Source of the DNA: an uncultured bacterium
GTDB lineage: Bacteria > Patescibacteriota > Gracilibacteria > Absconditabacterales > Absconditicoccaceae
Length of the DNA: 59,330 bases
Reading direction: 5' to 3'
Assembly (NCBI GenBank): GCA_903918675.1
Contig: CAIXFE010000093.1
Coordinates: forward strand, 1-59,330
In this document: positions 47,714 to 58,146 of the stretch, one piece after another
How the letters are laid out: each line of letters begins with the position of its first letter
Numbering within the stretch: position 1 is the first letter of the stretch
Made by a program: the position numbers and the translations under genes
Notes under the pieces: generated by a model
Seen by the model: only the letters and a program-made list of their open reading frames with translations
Told to the model about the DNA's origin: nothing
Databases searched by the model: none

Positions 47714-47935
47714 TTATTTACTTAAAGATAAGAAGGCAACAACGAATCCATAGATAGCTACTGCTTCAGTCAAAGCAAGTGCCAAGATCGCAGGGACAAA
47801 GTAAGCTTTAGCTCCTTCAGGATTTCTACCCAAAGATTCCAACCATGCTTTACCGATAAGTCCAAGTCCTAATGCTGCACCAAGTCCAGCCAATCCAAGA
47901 GCAATTCCAGCTCAGATAGTTCATAAATTAGTCAT
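47714..47935 (-). CDS. atpE: Fo ATP synthase subunit c
   Basis: 73-aa hairpin protein. GLAGLGAALGLGLIG...RNPE...LALTEAVAIYGFVVAF. Confidence 0.9.
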
Positions 47936-47970
47936 AATGTATAAGATAATAAAGAATAAAAAAATAATCA

Positions 47971-48762
47971 CTAATGATGACTCTCACCAGCCATTTTGAA
48001 ATACACTAAGACGAGCATACTAAATACAAATGCCTGCAAGAAGCCCACAAATAATTCAAAGAAGACGACAAGCAAAGGCAGAAGCGCAGGCACTTTGATA
48101 AAGTGCGTCGTTGCAGCGACGATCAATCACAGCAAGACCATACCAGCTAAAATATTTCAGAATAACCTGAGTGACAATGAAAGCATCCTCGCTAATTCTC
48201 CGACAAATTCGATGATCCCGATAAACAATCCGATAATGACATCAAAGATTTTCCCAATGAATGAACCGACACTATCTACTTTGGGGACGATACCGATACC
48301 TTTGTATCCTACGTATTTCTCTATATAATGAAAACCATTTTTATTGAATCCATACGCGATGGAACCGACCACACATACGATAGCCAAAGTCAGATTGAAA
48401 AACAGATCTGTAGACACAGGTCTAAATCGCCCTTCTAAAGCTGGAGTGACCAACACAAACAAATCGCCCATCAATCCCCAGAGATTACACCAGAGGATAT
48501 AGATGAAGATAAAGACAACGATCTTGATCAGTTTGAAAGGGATATCTTTCCCTCCTATATCTTGGAAAAATTGCATGATTCATTCGACTCCCATATCGAT
48601 CAGATTGACAAATCCATTGTGAGGATTCCTTTTCTTGAGAAGCGCATAGATCAGGATAAATATCAAGAAAATTACAGTCCCTATCATGGATGCTATCAAT
48701 GTCTGCGATATCTGTAATCAGAGAATATCGACGTAATGGGGTAAGAACGTTACCGCTTCCAT
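47971..48762 (-). CDS. atpB: Fo ATP synthase subunit a
   Basis: Polytopic membrane protein. LSLSLRLF[TGA]NILAGMV (essential Arg region), ELFVGFLQAFVFSMLVLVY. Confidence 0.85.
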
Positions 48763-49125
48763 ACATAGTAAACATCAATTAAAACCCGGCATAAAATCTC
48801 AACAAAGAATCCAATCTTATCTAAGAAATCAATATGCTCGTACTAAGCGATTGAGGAATTGAAATTTCACTTAAGCTTTTAGAAATTTCATTTTCCGAAA
48901 TACGCTTAGTATAAAGTATTTCCAGTCAAATTAAAAAAGCTAACCATGGCGGTCATCATATATTGATTGACTTACATATATAAATTTGCCGATGGTTTTC
49001 AAGAGATGATTGCAGAAAAATGCAACCGATATCAAATATTTCTGATATAATTCAAAAATCATTTGCAATCGGCAGGGGATTTGGTATAAGAGGCAACGTT
49101 TTAAAAACTGAAATGAAGGAAAACT

Positions 49126-50985
49126 ATGAATGCAAGCAACAAGATTAGTGAAGCGAAGAAGAAAAGGGAAGCCCGCAACCCGATCAACAATTCACCCATA
49201 AATAATAAAGCTCAAGCTCCAGGAACCATTATGGTTCTTATGAGTATTTTAACAAATAATGATAAAGGACACATGTTTGCAGAGAAACTTAATAAGGGAG
49301 AGACGCTTTCTATGGAAGAATTTAACGAAGTCTTGAAACATGGTGCAGAGTGAACAAGGATCCAAGCATTGGATATCGTAGATGAGGAGACATTAAAACC
49401 TGAAGATAATTTCTTCTTCGGGATATCAAATCAGATGTACACAAAACATAAAGATCGCTTTAAGATAGGCCGTCACTCCTATGTGGCTCCGCTGAGTCTC
49501 TATAGATCTTTCTACAACAGAAAGATGGGGATTCCCAAAGAGCCTTATTATTATCCCAATGTCGAAGTCTCCATCGGAGATGGTTCTAATGTACAAGAGC
49601 TGAGGGCATTCCAATGTTTCAACGATCAGAAAAAAGTGAAGATCACAATAGGAAACGATAGCTCCTGTGCTCATAATGTGTGATTTGTATGCGATAATAC
49701 CAATGATGAGAAGGTCGCCACCTTCACTATCGGATCCAATGTATTTGTATGAATCAATTCTACACTCAAAGAAAATTCTATCATAGAATCTGGCAAAAAC
49801 GGGAATTATACGGTAATAGGATTTGGCTGCCAACTCAATGCACGATGTAAAATCTGAAGTGGCTGTATCATCTGAGATGGAGCAATAATAGATGAAGGGA
49901 TAGAGATACCCGAAAACATGGTAATACTCCCTGGGACTCACGTTACTCCCACTACACTCAAAGAGAGAATAAAGATGGAAGAAGTTGGATCGACACAAGA
50001 AGAAGACCAAGAAATCTTTAATGGACTTATTGATTTAGGGACAGGAGAAACCGAAATAGAAAACAGAAAAAAGCTGAAAGAGCTTGGGCCTTCTCTCGCA
50101 TTCTTGCATAGGTTCAATGATCATGTATTGGAAGACAATCAAGCATTTCCTAGTATGTATCGTTTGATTAAAAGATATCACACAGATCATCATTATATTA
50201 TGGAAAAACGTGAAGAAAAATTTGTAAAGATAGATTCTGCACAATTAGATAAAAGAATGCCCGAAAAAGATAGCTCAAATACGAAAGAATCGTATGCCGA
50301 AAAACTAGAGAAAGGCAAAGCAGAATGACAGTTTGTAAATGTAGATTTACCGCAGAAGAAAGATGAATTTCTACATCACTATTATCTAGAATCACTTAAG
50401 AAGAAAAATGATCCCGCGTATGAGATCATCCCTTATCCATGAGAGTTTACCAATGTAGAAATTGATGACACGGTAGAATTGGATAAAGGGACAATAATGT
50501 ACAATATCGGAGAGACTAAGATAAAATGAAATAGTAAAATCAGTGGACTCGTAGTCAATAGAAGTGGAGATGAATGAGGTAGCCTAGAAATATGGGACTC
50601 AGAGATAAGACACGGAGCCGTATTCCACGCAGCTGGAAATAAGAAAATAACTAATAGTGTAGTAGATAGATGGTCTATCGTCCACGGAGCAACGACTCTC
50701 GATCACATGAACCTCCAAGAAAATATCGTCTTAAATAATGTCACTGCCGAAAATTGAACCATTGGCTCACGATCTACACTTGTCTGAGTAGATATGGTAG
50801 ACACAAACATAGCAAAATCATGTCGTATGTTATGACATAAAAAAGGAATCAAAATCGCATGAAGCTGCATATCAGAATGGTGCGTACTTAGAGATGGAAC
50901 GACAGTCACAAACACAACAAGTATCCCCACCAATTATAGAGGCAAACTAGATGAAGTATGGGACGAGAATAAAAAAGCAAACTAA
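49126..50985 (+). CDS. hypothetical protein with two beta-helix (hexapeptide-repeat-like) regions
   Basis: Three same-frame track ORFs plus a tail joined with TGA=Gly, all lines checked. IGSGCIIGDGAIIDEGIEIPENMVILPG resembles LbH transferases. 619 aa. Confidence 0.5.
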
Positions 50986-51013
50986 AATATCTTTCTCCCA
51001 AAATAAAAAAAAT

Positions 51014-51038
51014 CGGCCCTTAAAAAAGGGCCTTTTTT
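51014..51038 (+). terminator. rho-independent terminator
   Basis: GGCCCTT-AAAA-AAGGGCC followed by TTTTTTT, 29 nt after the TAA at 50983..50985. Confidence 0.8.
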
Positions 51039-51083
51039 TAGGGATTGACTTTCTTGGGTATTTGGGTATAAGAAATAAAAAAA

Positions 51084-51242
51084 ATGGCAAAGATGAGAAA
51101 GAAAAGATCTGGATATGATGTGTTCATATTCTGGATCAAGAGAGAATCAAGAGGCATGAGCCAAGCAGTTAAGTTGGCGAGCATGGGAATGTGTATCCCA
51201 CTTTTATGGGGGGTTTATGTTCTTATAACAATGCTACTATAG
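51084..51242 (+). CDS. possible small membrane protein (52 aa)
   Basis: MAKMRKKRSGYDVFIFWIKRESRGMSQAVKLASMGMCIPLLWGVYVLITMLL. Flanked by terminator-like hairpins. Speculative. Confidence 0.2.
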   Translation: MAKMRKKRSGYDVFIFWIKRESRGMSQAVKLASMGMCIPLLWGVYVLITMLL

Positions 51243-51329
51243 TCTCTATTTCTAGAGCGAATAAAAAGGGGTCTGCATTTCTGCCGACGCTTTTTTTATT
51301 TGAGAAAAGATTATAAGACATCCAGATAC

Positions 51330-51807
51330 TTACTTTCAAATGAGCCTCTGTATTTCGGCTTGATATGCTTTCAAACGAGTCGCTTCGACATTGGAGCAAA
51401 GATTTTCTTTTACACTTTGTCTAAGATCATCATTCACGAGACGAGGATCGATATTGTTTGCAGCGACATCCTTATCTATCATATCTTTATCGGTGACACA
51501 ATTATCATTATAAGGAGGGAATCTAGGGCCCACCAGTGGAATATATCAACTCTCATTAGGGATAATTCTTGTGATCGAGTATATCCTTATGCCCCCAGCT
51601 TCTGCGATTGTTCACTCATAACAGATTCCTTTCGCTCCGGAGTAAAATACACTACGCTGCAATATCTTTGCTCATGATGCAACTACTCATCGTTGTCCCA
51701 TGGTTTTGAAACCGTCGCATTGTTGCTGAGAAACAAATGGCCCTGCACAACCTGCAATAACCAGTAAAGCAAACATTCAAAGAAATAAGGTGAGAATCTT
51801 TTTCATA
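51330..51807 (-). pseudogene. lipoprotein gene with apparent +1 frameshift
   Basis: The lipobox signal peptide MKKILTLFLGMFALLVIAGC (frame of 51807) runs into a TAG after 51 codons. The 130-aa remainder continues in the adjacent frame. The shift maps to the A/T run at about 51718..51722. Confidence 0.4.
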
Positions 51808-51932
51808 ACAATGAAAATGATAATATAAATGTGGAATTATTTAAAAATATTTTGATATACATCACTCAATCTCTCAACCTTCCCACTTTCTTTATCCTGT
51901 AAGGACAACCTTCCCACTTTCCAACCTTCCAA

Positions 51933-53282
51933 CTATTCTTCTATTCTCCTGCATTCTAGATAAAATCTCTTCTCTGCGGCTTCGCCCATAGAAAAGGTTT
52001 TCCTAGGTAAAGCACCGTCGATGACGACGGTCTTGAAGAAGTCGCCTTTATCCATGATCGGTAATAAGAATCCCATATTGTGATCTCTACTTCCCAGAGT
52101 TTCCGTTGTTTCTTCCCCATGCACATAATCTATCTTCACTTCAGGATGAGCTTTCAAGTACTGATCTAGAAATGCCTGCAGGTTGCCGACTTCGAGATTG
52201 AGCTTGGGATGGACGATGTCTAGCAGACCAAACGTAGACGAAGCGACAAAACGGATATAGTGATGCTCCGCACTCGAAGGTTTCAGACTTTTTTTCAATT
52301 CTTCAGAAGAAGGATACGTAGTGACGACAAGATCAGATCCCTGCGCCTGGAAATAGCTCTTCATCTCTGCCAAAAGGCCTGCCTGGTCCGCAGCGAAAAG
52401 TACTCTATGGATCGGCTCGAAAGTCAGCCCCGTATCATGGACATTGACCAGCTCTACCAGCGCAAATCTGGCTGGAAAGTTTTTTTTCTGATCCTCAGTC
52501 AAAGTTTTTTTCTTCTCTTCTCGGATGGCCTTGGCAGTCGCGAGCGAGTGATTCCCATCTCCCATAGCGAAGAGCAAGACGCCCTTCTGATCGTCTACAG
52601 CATATTTCTCCTGAAACACTTTCTTCTCAGCTAATTTCTCTAAGGCCTTGATGACTTGATTTATTTTTTGCTCATCATCGATCTGATAGCCGGTAGCATG
52701 GCCACCTTCCATCATGAGATCGAAGTCATATAATTTCTGGCATTGCGCGCGATCAGCGAAAAGCGGCTCGATGACTGTTCTTTCAGGATCATCGATCAGT
52801 ACCATAATATGGGGCGTCTCTATCGGCGCTCCATTTCTGATCTGGATCCTCGGAGGCAATCTATCTACGATAGTTCATTCCGTGGCTCTGATCAATGTTT
52901 GCGATCCGACACTATAATCATATTTTTCTAAGTCCAGCGCCACGACCAATCATTTTCTAGAGTCCGTATGCGCGGTCTTTCTATCAAGCAAGACGAAGCA
53001 AGATCATTTATTTTCTAAGATACCATCTAGGTAATCACGCATATAGGTATGGATACGTTTGATCCTGTGGGCTTTATCAGCCTCTTCGAGATACACTTCG
53101 GGATAGATGATATTCACAGTCGAAGGATCATCTGCCACGATATCAGCCACTTCTTCCCGATATTCAGGCTCAGAGGTATATTGATCACAAGCGACGACAG
53201 CTCGTTTCTCAAGATCGACGGAGTCATTAGGAAGAAGAATTTCAGGTACCGCAATTCAGAGATGGGGGAAAATAGTTTGCAT
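51933..53282 (-). CDS. DUF1015 family protein
   Basis: VVACDQYTSEPEY, AMGDGNHSLATAKA, EPIHRV, RFYLECR. 449 aa, upper part verified. Confidence 0.8.
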
Positions 53283-53353
53283 GGGAGTATGATTAGGGAC
53301 TAAAAGTTCTTTGCACTTATAGAGATGTAAGTGATTTTTGCAATTGAAAAAAG

Positions 53354-54058
53354 ATGTTGGGATTGAAAAGGTGGAGAAAAATATTTATAATTGGGGGTAG
53401 AAGATCTTTTTTACTTGGTAATCGTGAAAATATGGATTTTGACGTAGAGAAAGAGACGAAAGAGACGGAGCTTATTCAGACTGATTTAAGTGTAACCGTT
53501 GTTCATGAAGATGAAAATGCTGATGTATTCAGTGAAGATTGGGAAATTTCTATGCACCCAAATTTTCTTAATCTAAAAGACTCCAAAAGACATAACATTA
53601 CTAGTCATTCGAGATGGTTTAAAAATAAGATTAAGCTTAATCACTTAAAGGAGGGGATAGAGGCCATAAACAAACGAAAGATCTGTATTGTAGATTTCGG
53701 AATGAATATCGGGACAGAGATAAATGGCATCAGACCAGTAATTGTCTACAAAGCTTCGACATATAAATATTGAGAAGACATGATAGTAATCCCTATTACA
53801 TCTTTTGAAGATGAGACAGGAGAGGAAAAATCTAAAGACGCCTTAGATGTAGTGTTGGAGGCGGACATAGAGAATGGAATAGATCACAAGTCATTGGTCA
53901 AAATAAGACAAATGAGGTGTGTTTCCAAAAAAAGATTAAGGAGAGATAAAGATTCAGGAATAATCAAAATCCTTGGAAATATTGTGAACGAAGATATCAA
54001 GAGAGAAATAAATGGAAGTATTAAGAAAATATTTGGATTAGATGGGAACGACAATTAA
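53354..54058 (+). CDS. MazF/PemK-fold toxin domain protein with ~100-aa N-terminal extension
   Basis: C-terminal half reads ICIVDFGMNIGTEINGIRPVIVYK..., IVIPITS, SLVKIRQMRCVSKKRL (PemK pattern). The N-terminal part is acidic and unmatched. An alternative start exists at 53432. Confidence 0.65.
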
Positions 54059-54125
54059 AAAAAAGCTCTTCAATCCTTGCGGATAAGAGCCAGCTACCCC
54101 GAAGGGCTACATCTAAGTGAATTAA

Positions 54126-54409
54126 GTATACTCAAAATCATACAAAAAAGCAAGAGAAAATGATTTAAAAGAAAAACCCTGTATGCTATTTACGAGGAAC
54201 CTACGGAGCCCCACATACAAGGATTTACTTTCTTGATGATGAGTATACTCAAAAAATCTAAAAAATCAAGCAAAAGTCCAGCCAAATTTCTAGAATTTTA
54301 AAAAAAGGCCGCACCAGCCAAGCATTGCTACTTGACCCATACAGACCCATCGTGATAACATAATCATGTTACTCAAAATCATACAAAAAAGCAAGATGAA
54401 ATGATTTTT
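54126..54409 (+). repeat. three dispersed ~40-nt direct repeats (117- and 124-nt spacing)
   Basis: GTATACTCAAAATCATACAAAAAAGCAAGAGAAAATGATTT (54126), a degenerate copy at 54243, and TGTTACTCAAAATCATACAAAAAAGCAAGATGAAATGATTT (54367). Copies 1 and 3 fold as AAATCAT/ATGATTT hairpins. Confidence 0.7.
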
Positions 54410-54595
54410 TTAGATTTAAAAATTTGAAAATTAATTCGGAATAATTGGGGGTAATTCGAACATTTGTAAATTTGAAGTCCCTCAATCTCTCAACTTCTCA
54501 ATCCCTCAACTTCTCAACAGCCGAAGGCTCCTACTTCCGATTGAAAAAGCCCCAAAGAAGGGTATAGAGAGAGGGATTTATTTTTCTAGTTATCC

Positions 54596-56917
54596 ATGTC
54601 CCATTCAGAATCAGATACCAGGGCGAAGTTCATTGACCCGCAACTCAAAGAAAACTGACGAACTGAAGATTATATCATCAGAGAGTATTATTTTACTGAC
54701 GGAAAAAAACTTGTTTGAGGGAAAAGATGACCAAAATGTTTCGCAGACTATTTATTAAAATATAATGGAGTAAAATTAGCTATAATTGAAGCAAAAAGTG
54801 ATGATAAACAACCAACAGAATGATTGGAGCAAGTAAAAGATTATGGAAATAAATTACAAATAAGATTTGTGTATACAACGAATGGTCAAAAGATTTATGA
54901 ATTTGATCTTCATGCAGGTAAGGGTGATTTCATAGATAAATATCCAAGTCCAGAAGAGCTCTATCATCGTATGATTGGACCAGAAGAGACAATGAAACAA
55001 GAAATTCTTAGTCAACAATATTATCTTTCTGGTGGTATGAAGCCAAGATATTATCAAGAGATTGCTATCCAAAAAGCATTGGAAGCTATCGCAGAAGGGA
55101 AAGATAGAATCTTACTCACCCTGGCGACAGGTACTGGAAAGACCTTTATAGCGTTCCAGATCGTATATAAATTATTTATGGCTAGACGAAGTAAAGATTG
55201 ATCTCAGAGAAGACCAAGAATACTTTTTCTCGCTGATAGAAATATCCTTATTGATCAAGCAATTAATACCTTCAATCCACTAGAAAAAGATCTGGTAAAA
55301 GTAACGGGTGTAGAAGTTAAAAAGAGAAACTGAAAAGTGCCAACTAATGCAAATGTGTTCTTTGCTATCTATCAAGCGATCGTTGGTGATAAGCCGGAAG
55401 GTGAAGAAGATTATCAAGACGAAGATTTGAGAAATTATTACAAACAATATCCATCAGATTTTTTTGATTTAGTTATCATAGATGAATGTCATAGATGATG
55501 AACAAACGAAGCTGGTTCACGACACGATATTCTAAAACATTTTTCTCCTGCAGTACATCTGGGAATGACTGCTACACCAAAGAGAGAAGATAATATTGAT
55601 ACTTACAAATATTTTGGTAATCCCGTCTATCAATATTCACTCAAAGAGGGGATTAATGATGGATTTTTGTCTCCCTACAAGGTCAAAAGAATCTGGACAA
55701 GTATAGATGAATTGGTGCTTACCAATGATGATGTTATTATCAAAGGAGAAGCAGAAAAGACAGTATATGAATTGCCTGACTTTGATAAAAATATCGTTAT
55801 CCAAGAGAGAAATGATCTCATAGCACAAAGCATCTTATCTACCATGAGCCCTTTGGAAAAAACGATTGTCTTCTGTGTAGATCAAGATCATGCGCTGAGA
55901 ATGAGAGATAGCATCAATAAATATAAAACGATCAAAGACGCCGATTATTGCGTCAGAGTGACGAGTAATGAAGGCGAGATAGGAAGGACCTATCTAGAAA
56001 GATTTCAAGATAACGATAAGACGATTCCCACTATCCTCACATCATCACAAATGCTGACGACAGGAGTCGATGCAAAGAATGTAAGAAACATCGTTCTGCT
56101 AAGAGCGATAGGCTCAATGGTAGAATTTAAACAAATCATCGGAAGATGAACAAGACTTTTTGAAGGGAAAGATTTTTTTACCATTATAGATTTTACTGGT
56201 GCAACAAATAAATTTTATGATGAAGATCGAGATGGTGAGCCAGAAGGTATGATTGATGAACCAGAAACGCCACCTACAAAAAGCAAAAAAAAGTGAGATA
56301 AGCCAATAATTGATACTCCACCAAGAAAAGAAAGATTAGAGGTAAAGTTAGCTGACGATAGAGTACTTAGAATTATAAATATAGAAACGAGATATATCGA
56401 CGATCACGGTAAACCTGTATCAGCGACTGAATTTTTGCAAAAGCTTATTGGCCAACTGCCAGAACTCTACAAAGACGAAGAGCAACTTAGACAATTACGA
56501 GCCAATCCAGAGACAAGAGAAAAATTACTTGAGAAGCTTGTAAGTATGGGTATAGATGCAGAACAACTTGATTCACTCAAAAAAATGTTTGAAGCTGATG
56601 ATAGCGATATCTATGATATTTTAGCACATATATCATTTAATGCCGAGATCAAAAAAAGAGTAGAAAGAGTAGCATATGTCAAAGGAACAAGAGTAGTCTT
56701 TGATCATTACGAAAATATCAAAGCACAAGAATTTCTTGATTTTATACTAGATCAATATGCAGAGCACGGCATCTTTGAACTTCAAGGGAATAATCTTGGT
56801 AATCTCATTAGCTTATATAAGAAGGAAACTGTGCCGGAGATGGCCTTAGCTTTCGGTGGAGAAGAATTATTAAAGAAAGCGTATTACGAGTTACAGGAGG
56901 GATTGTTTAGAATATAA
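54596..56917 (+). CDS. hsdR: type I restriction endonuclease subunit R
   Basis: Four same-frame pieces. SF2 motifs TLATGTGKTF, IIDECHRG, LGMTATPK, LTTGVD, QIIGRGTRL. EcoEI-R-C-like tail. Confidence 0.9.
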
Positions 56918-56925
56918 AAAATAGT

Positions 56926-57576
56926 ATGCAAATAACAGATCTACAGCTAAAAGAACAATTTGATATACAAATGGAACTTATTAAATCTGCGATGGAATGA
57001 TTTGATAAATGAAATTTTCTAGAAGCAATAAATTTAGCAGTTAGACTAAGAGTTTTATTACACGATACAGACAACTCTACATCGTTATTACAACAAATAT
57101 GAGTAAAAGATAAATTATGATACTATGATAGTTGTTTACATCGCATCAAAAATGAAGGATCTAATTGAGTATATATATGATTGATGCAATTCGTTGTATG
57201 AAATGATAAGGTTTTTGCACTTCTAGATGATAGCCCAGATGTTCAAATCGTGAACTTTAATCAACGACGAAATAGGGATATATTTATAGATATAGATGGA
57301 ACATCACTATCTCGTAAAGATGTTGTACTAAATATAGCTAATAAAATATGAGCTCATGTGGATTTAGATTTTGATGCATCATATCAAAAAATAATAAAAG
57401 ATAATTCTTTGGGAATTATGCTGTCAAATGATGAAATCTCACATAGTCCAATAAAAAAATTAGAATATGTAGCAATCAGACAAATTACTCACGAGTTACT
57501 AAGAACTCTATTTGAGAAGTATAGATTTAGCTATATGTTTGAATGAAGTGGATTTTTTATGACTATAAATTTTTAA
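56926..57576 (+). CDS. hypothetical protein embedded in the type I R-M locus
   Basis: 216-aa ORF, frame checked line by line. Motif NIANKI[TGA]AHVD. Starts 9 nt after the hsdR stop. Confidence 0.55.
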
Positions 57577-57579
57577 AAC

Positions 57580-58134
57580 ATGTCTCGATTTACATCTCTC
57601 TCAGAAACATTACAATGAGTAATTATATGATGAGGAATATCCCTTCTAACTGCAATTCTTACAGCCTTAGTTTCTTATTATTTTAATTCTAGGCAACAGA
57701 AAAAGGAAAGAAAATATCTGGTAGAAAAAGAAAACTTTTTTAAGCTTCAAGAAAAAGTAGAAACAATATTTAAATGATTAGATGCTTATAGACTGCAGAT
57801 TGTTATATTATATAGAAATATGAAAGATAATGTTCACTTTGAAGAAGATTTTATGGAACATAAAATTAAAGAAAGATTTTGAAATACAAGAGAAGCGATG
57901 TCACAATATACATATATATACTTTAAAGAGCTTTATGACGATATTAGAAAGTTAATAGAGATACATGATGAGATTTTAACAAAATATTTTGATCGATTGA
58001 AAGAACAAAGAACAAGAACAGATGAAGAAAGTGAGTTTTTTGCTACAAAGATACAATTATTTCTAGACGAATATGGAGCTCTTTTAGATAGATTTTTAGA
58101 AAAACTTGAAGAAAAAAGAAATATTTTAAAATAG
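57580..58134 (+). CDS. hypothetical single-pass membrane / coiled-coil protein embedded in the type I R-M locus
   Basis: TM segment VIIGGGISLLTAILTALVSYYF, then a charged helical region. Starts 4 nt after the previous stop. Confidence 0.5.
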
Positions 58135-58146
58135 TAATAGAAAGAA

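Noticed and set aside
49426-50010. Uninterrupted 194-aa minus-strand ORF.
   Set aside because: It lies antisense to the 619-aa beta-helix gene, which has recognisable hexapeptide repeats and proper promoter and terminator signals. The antisense translation has no motif and an odd composition.
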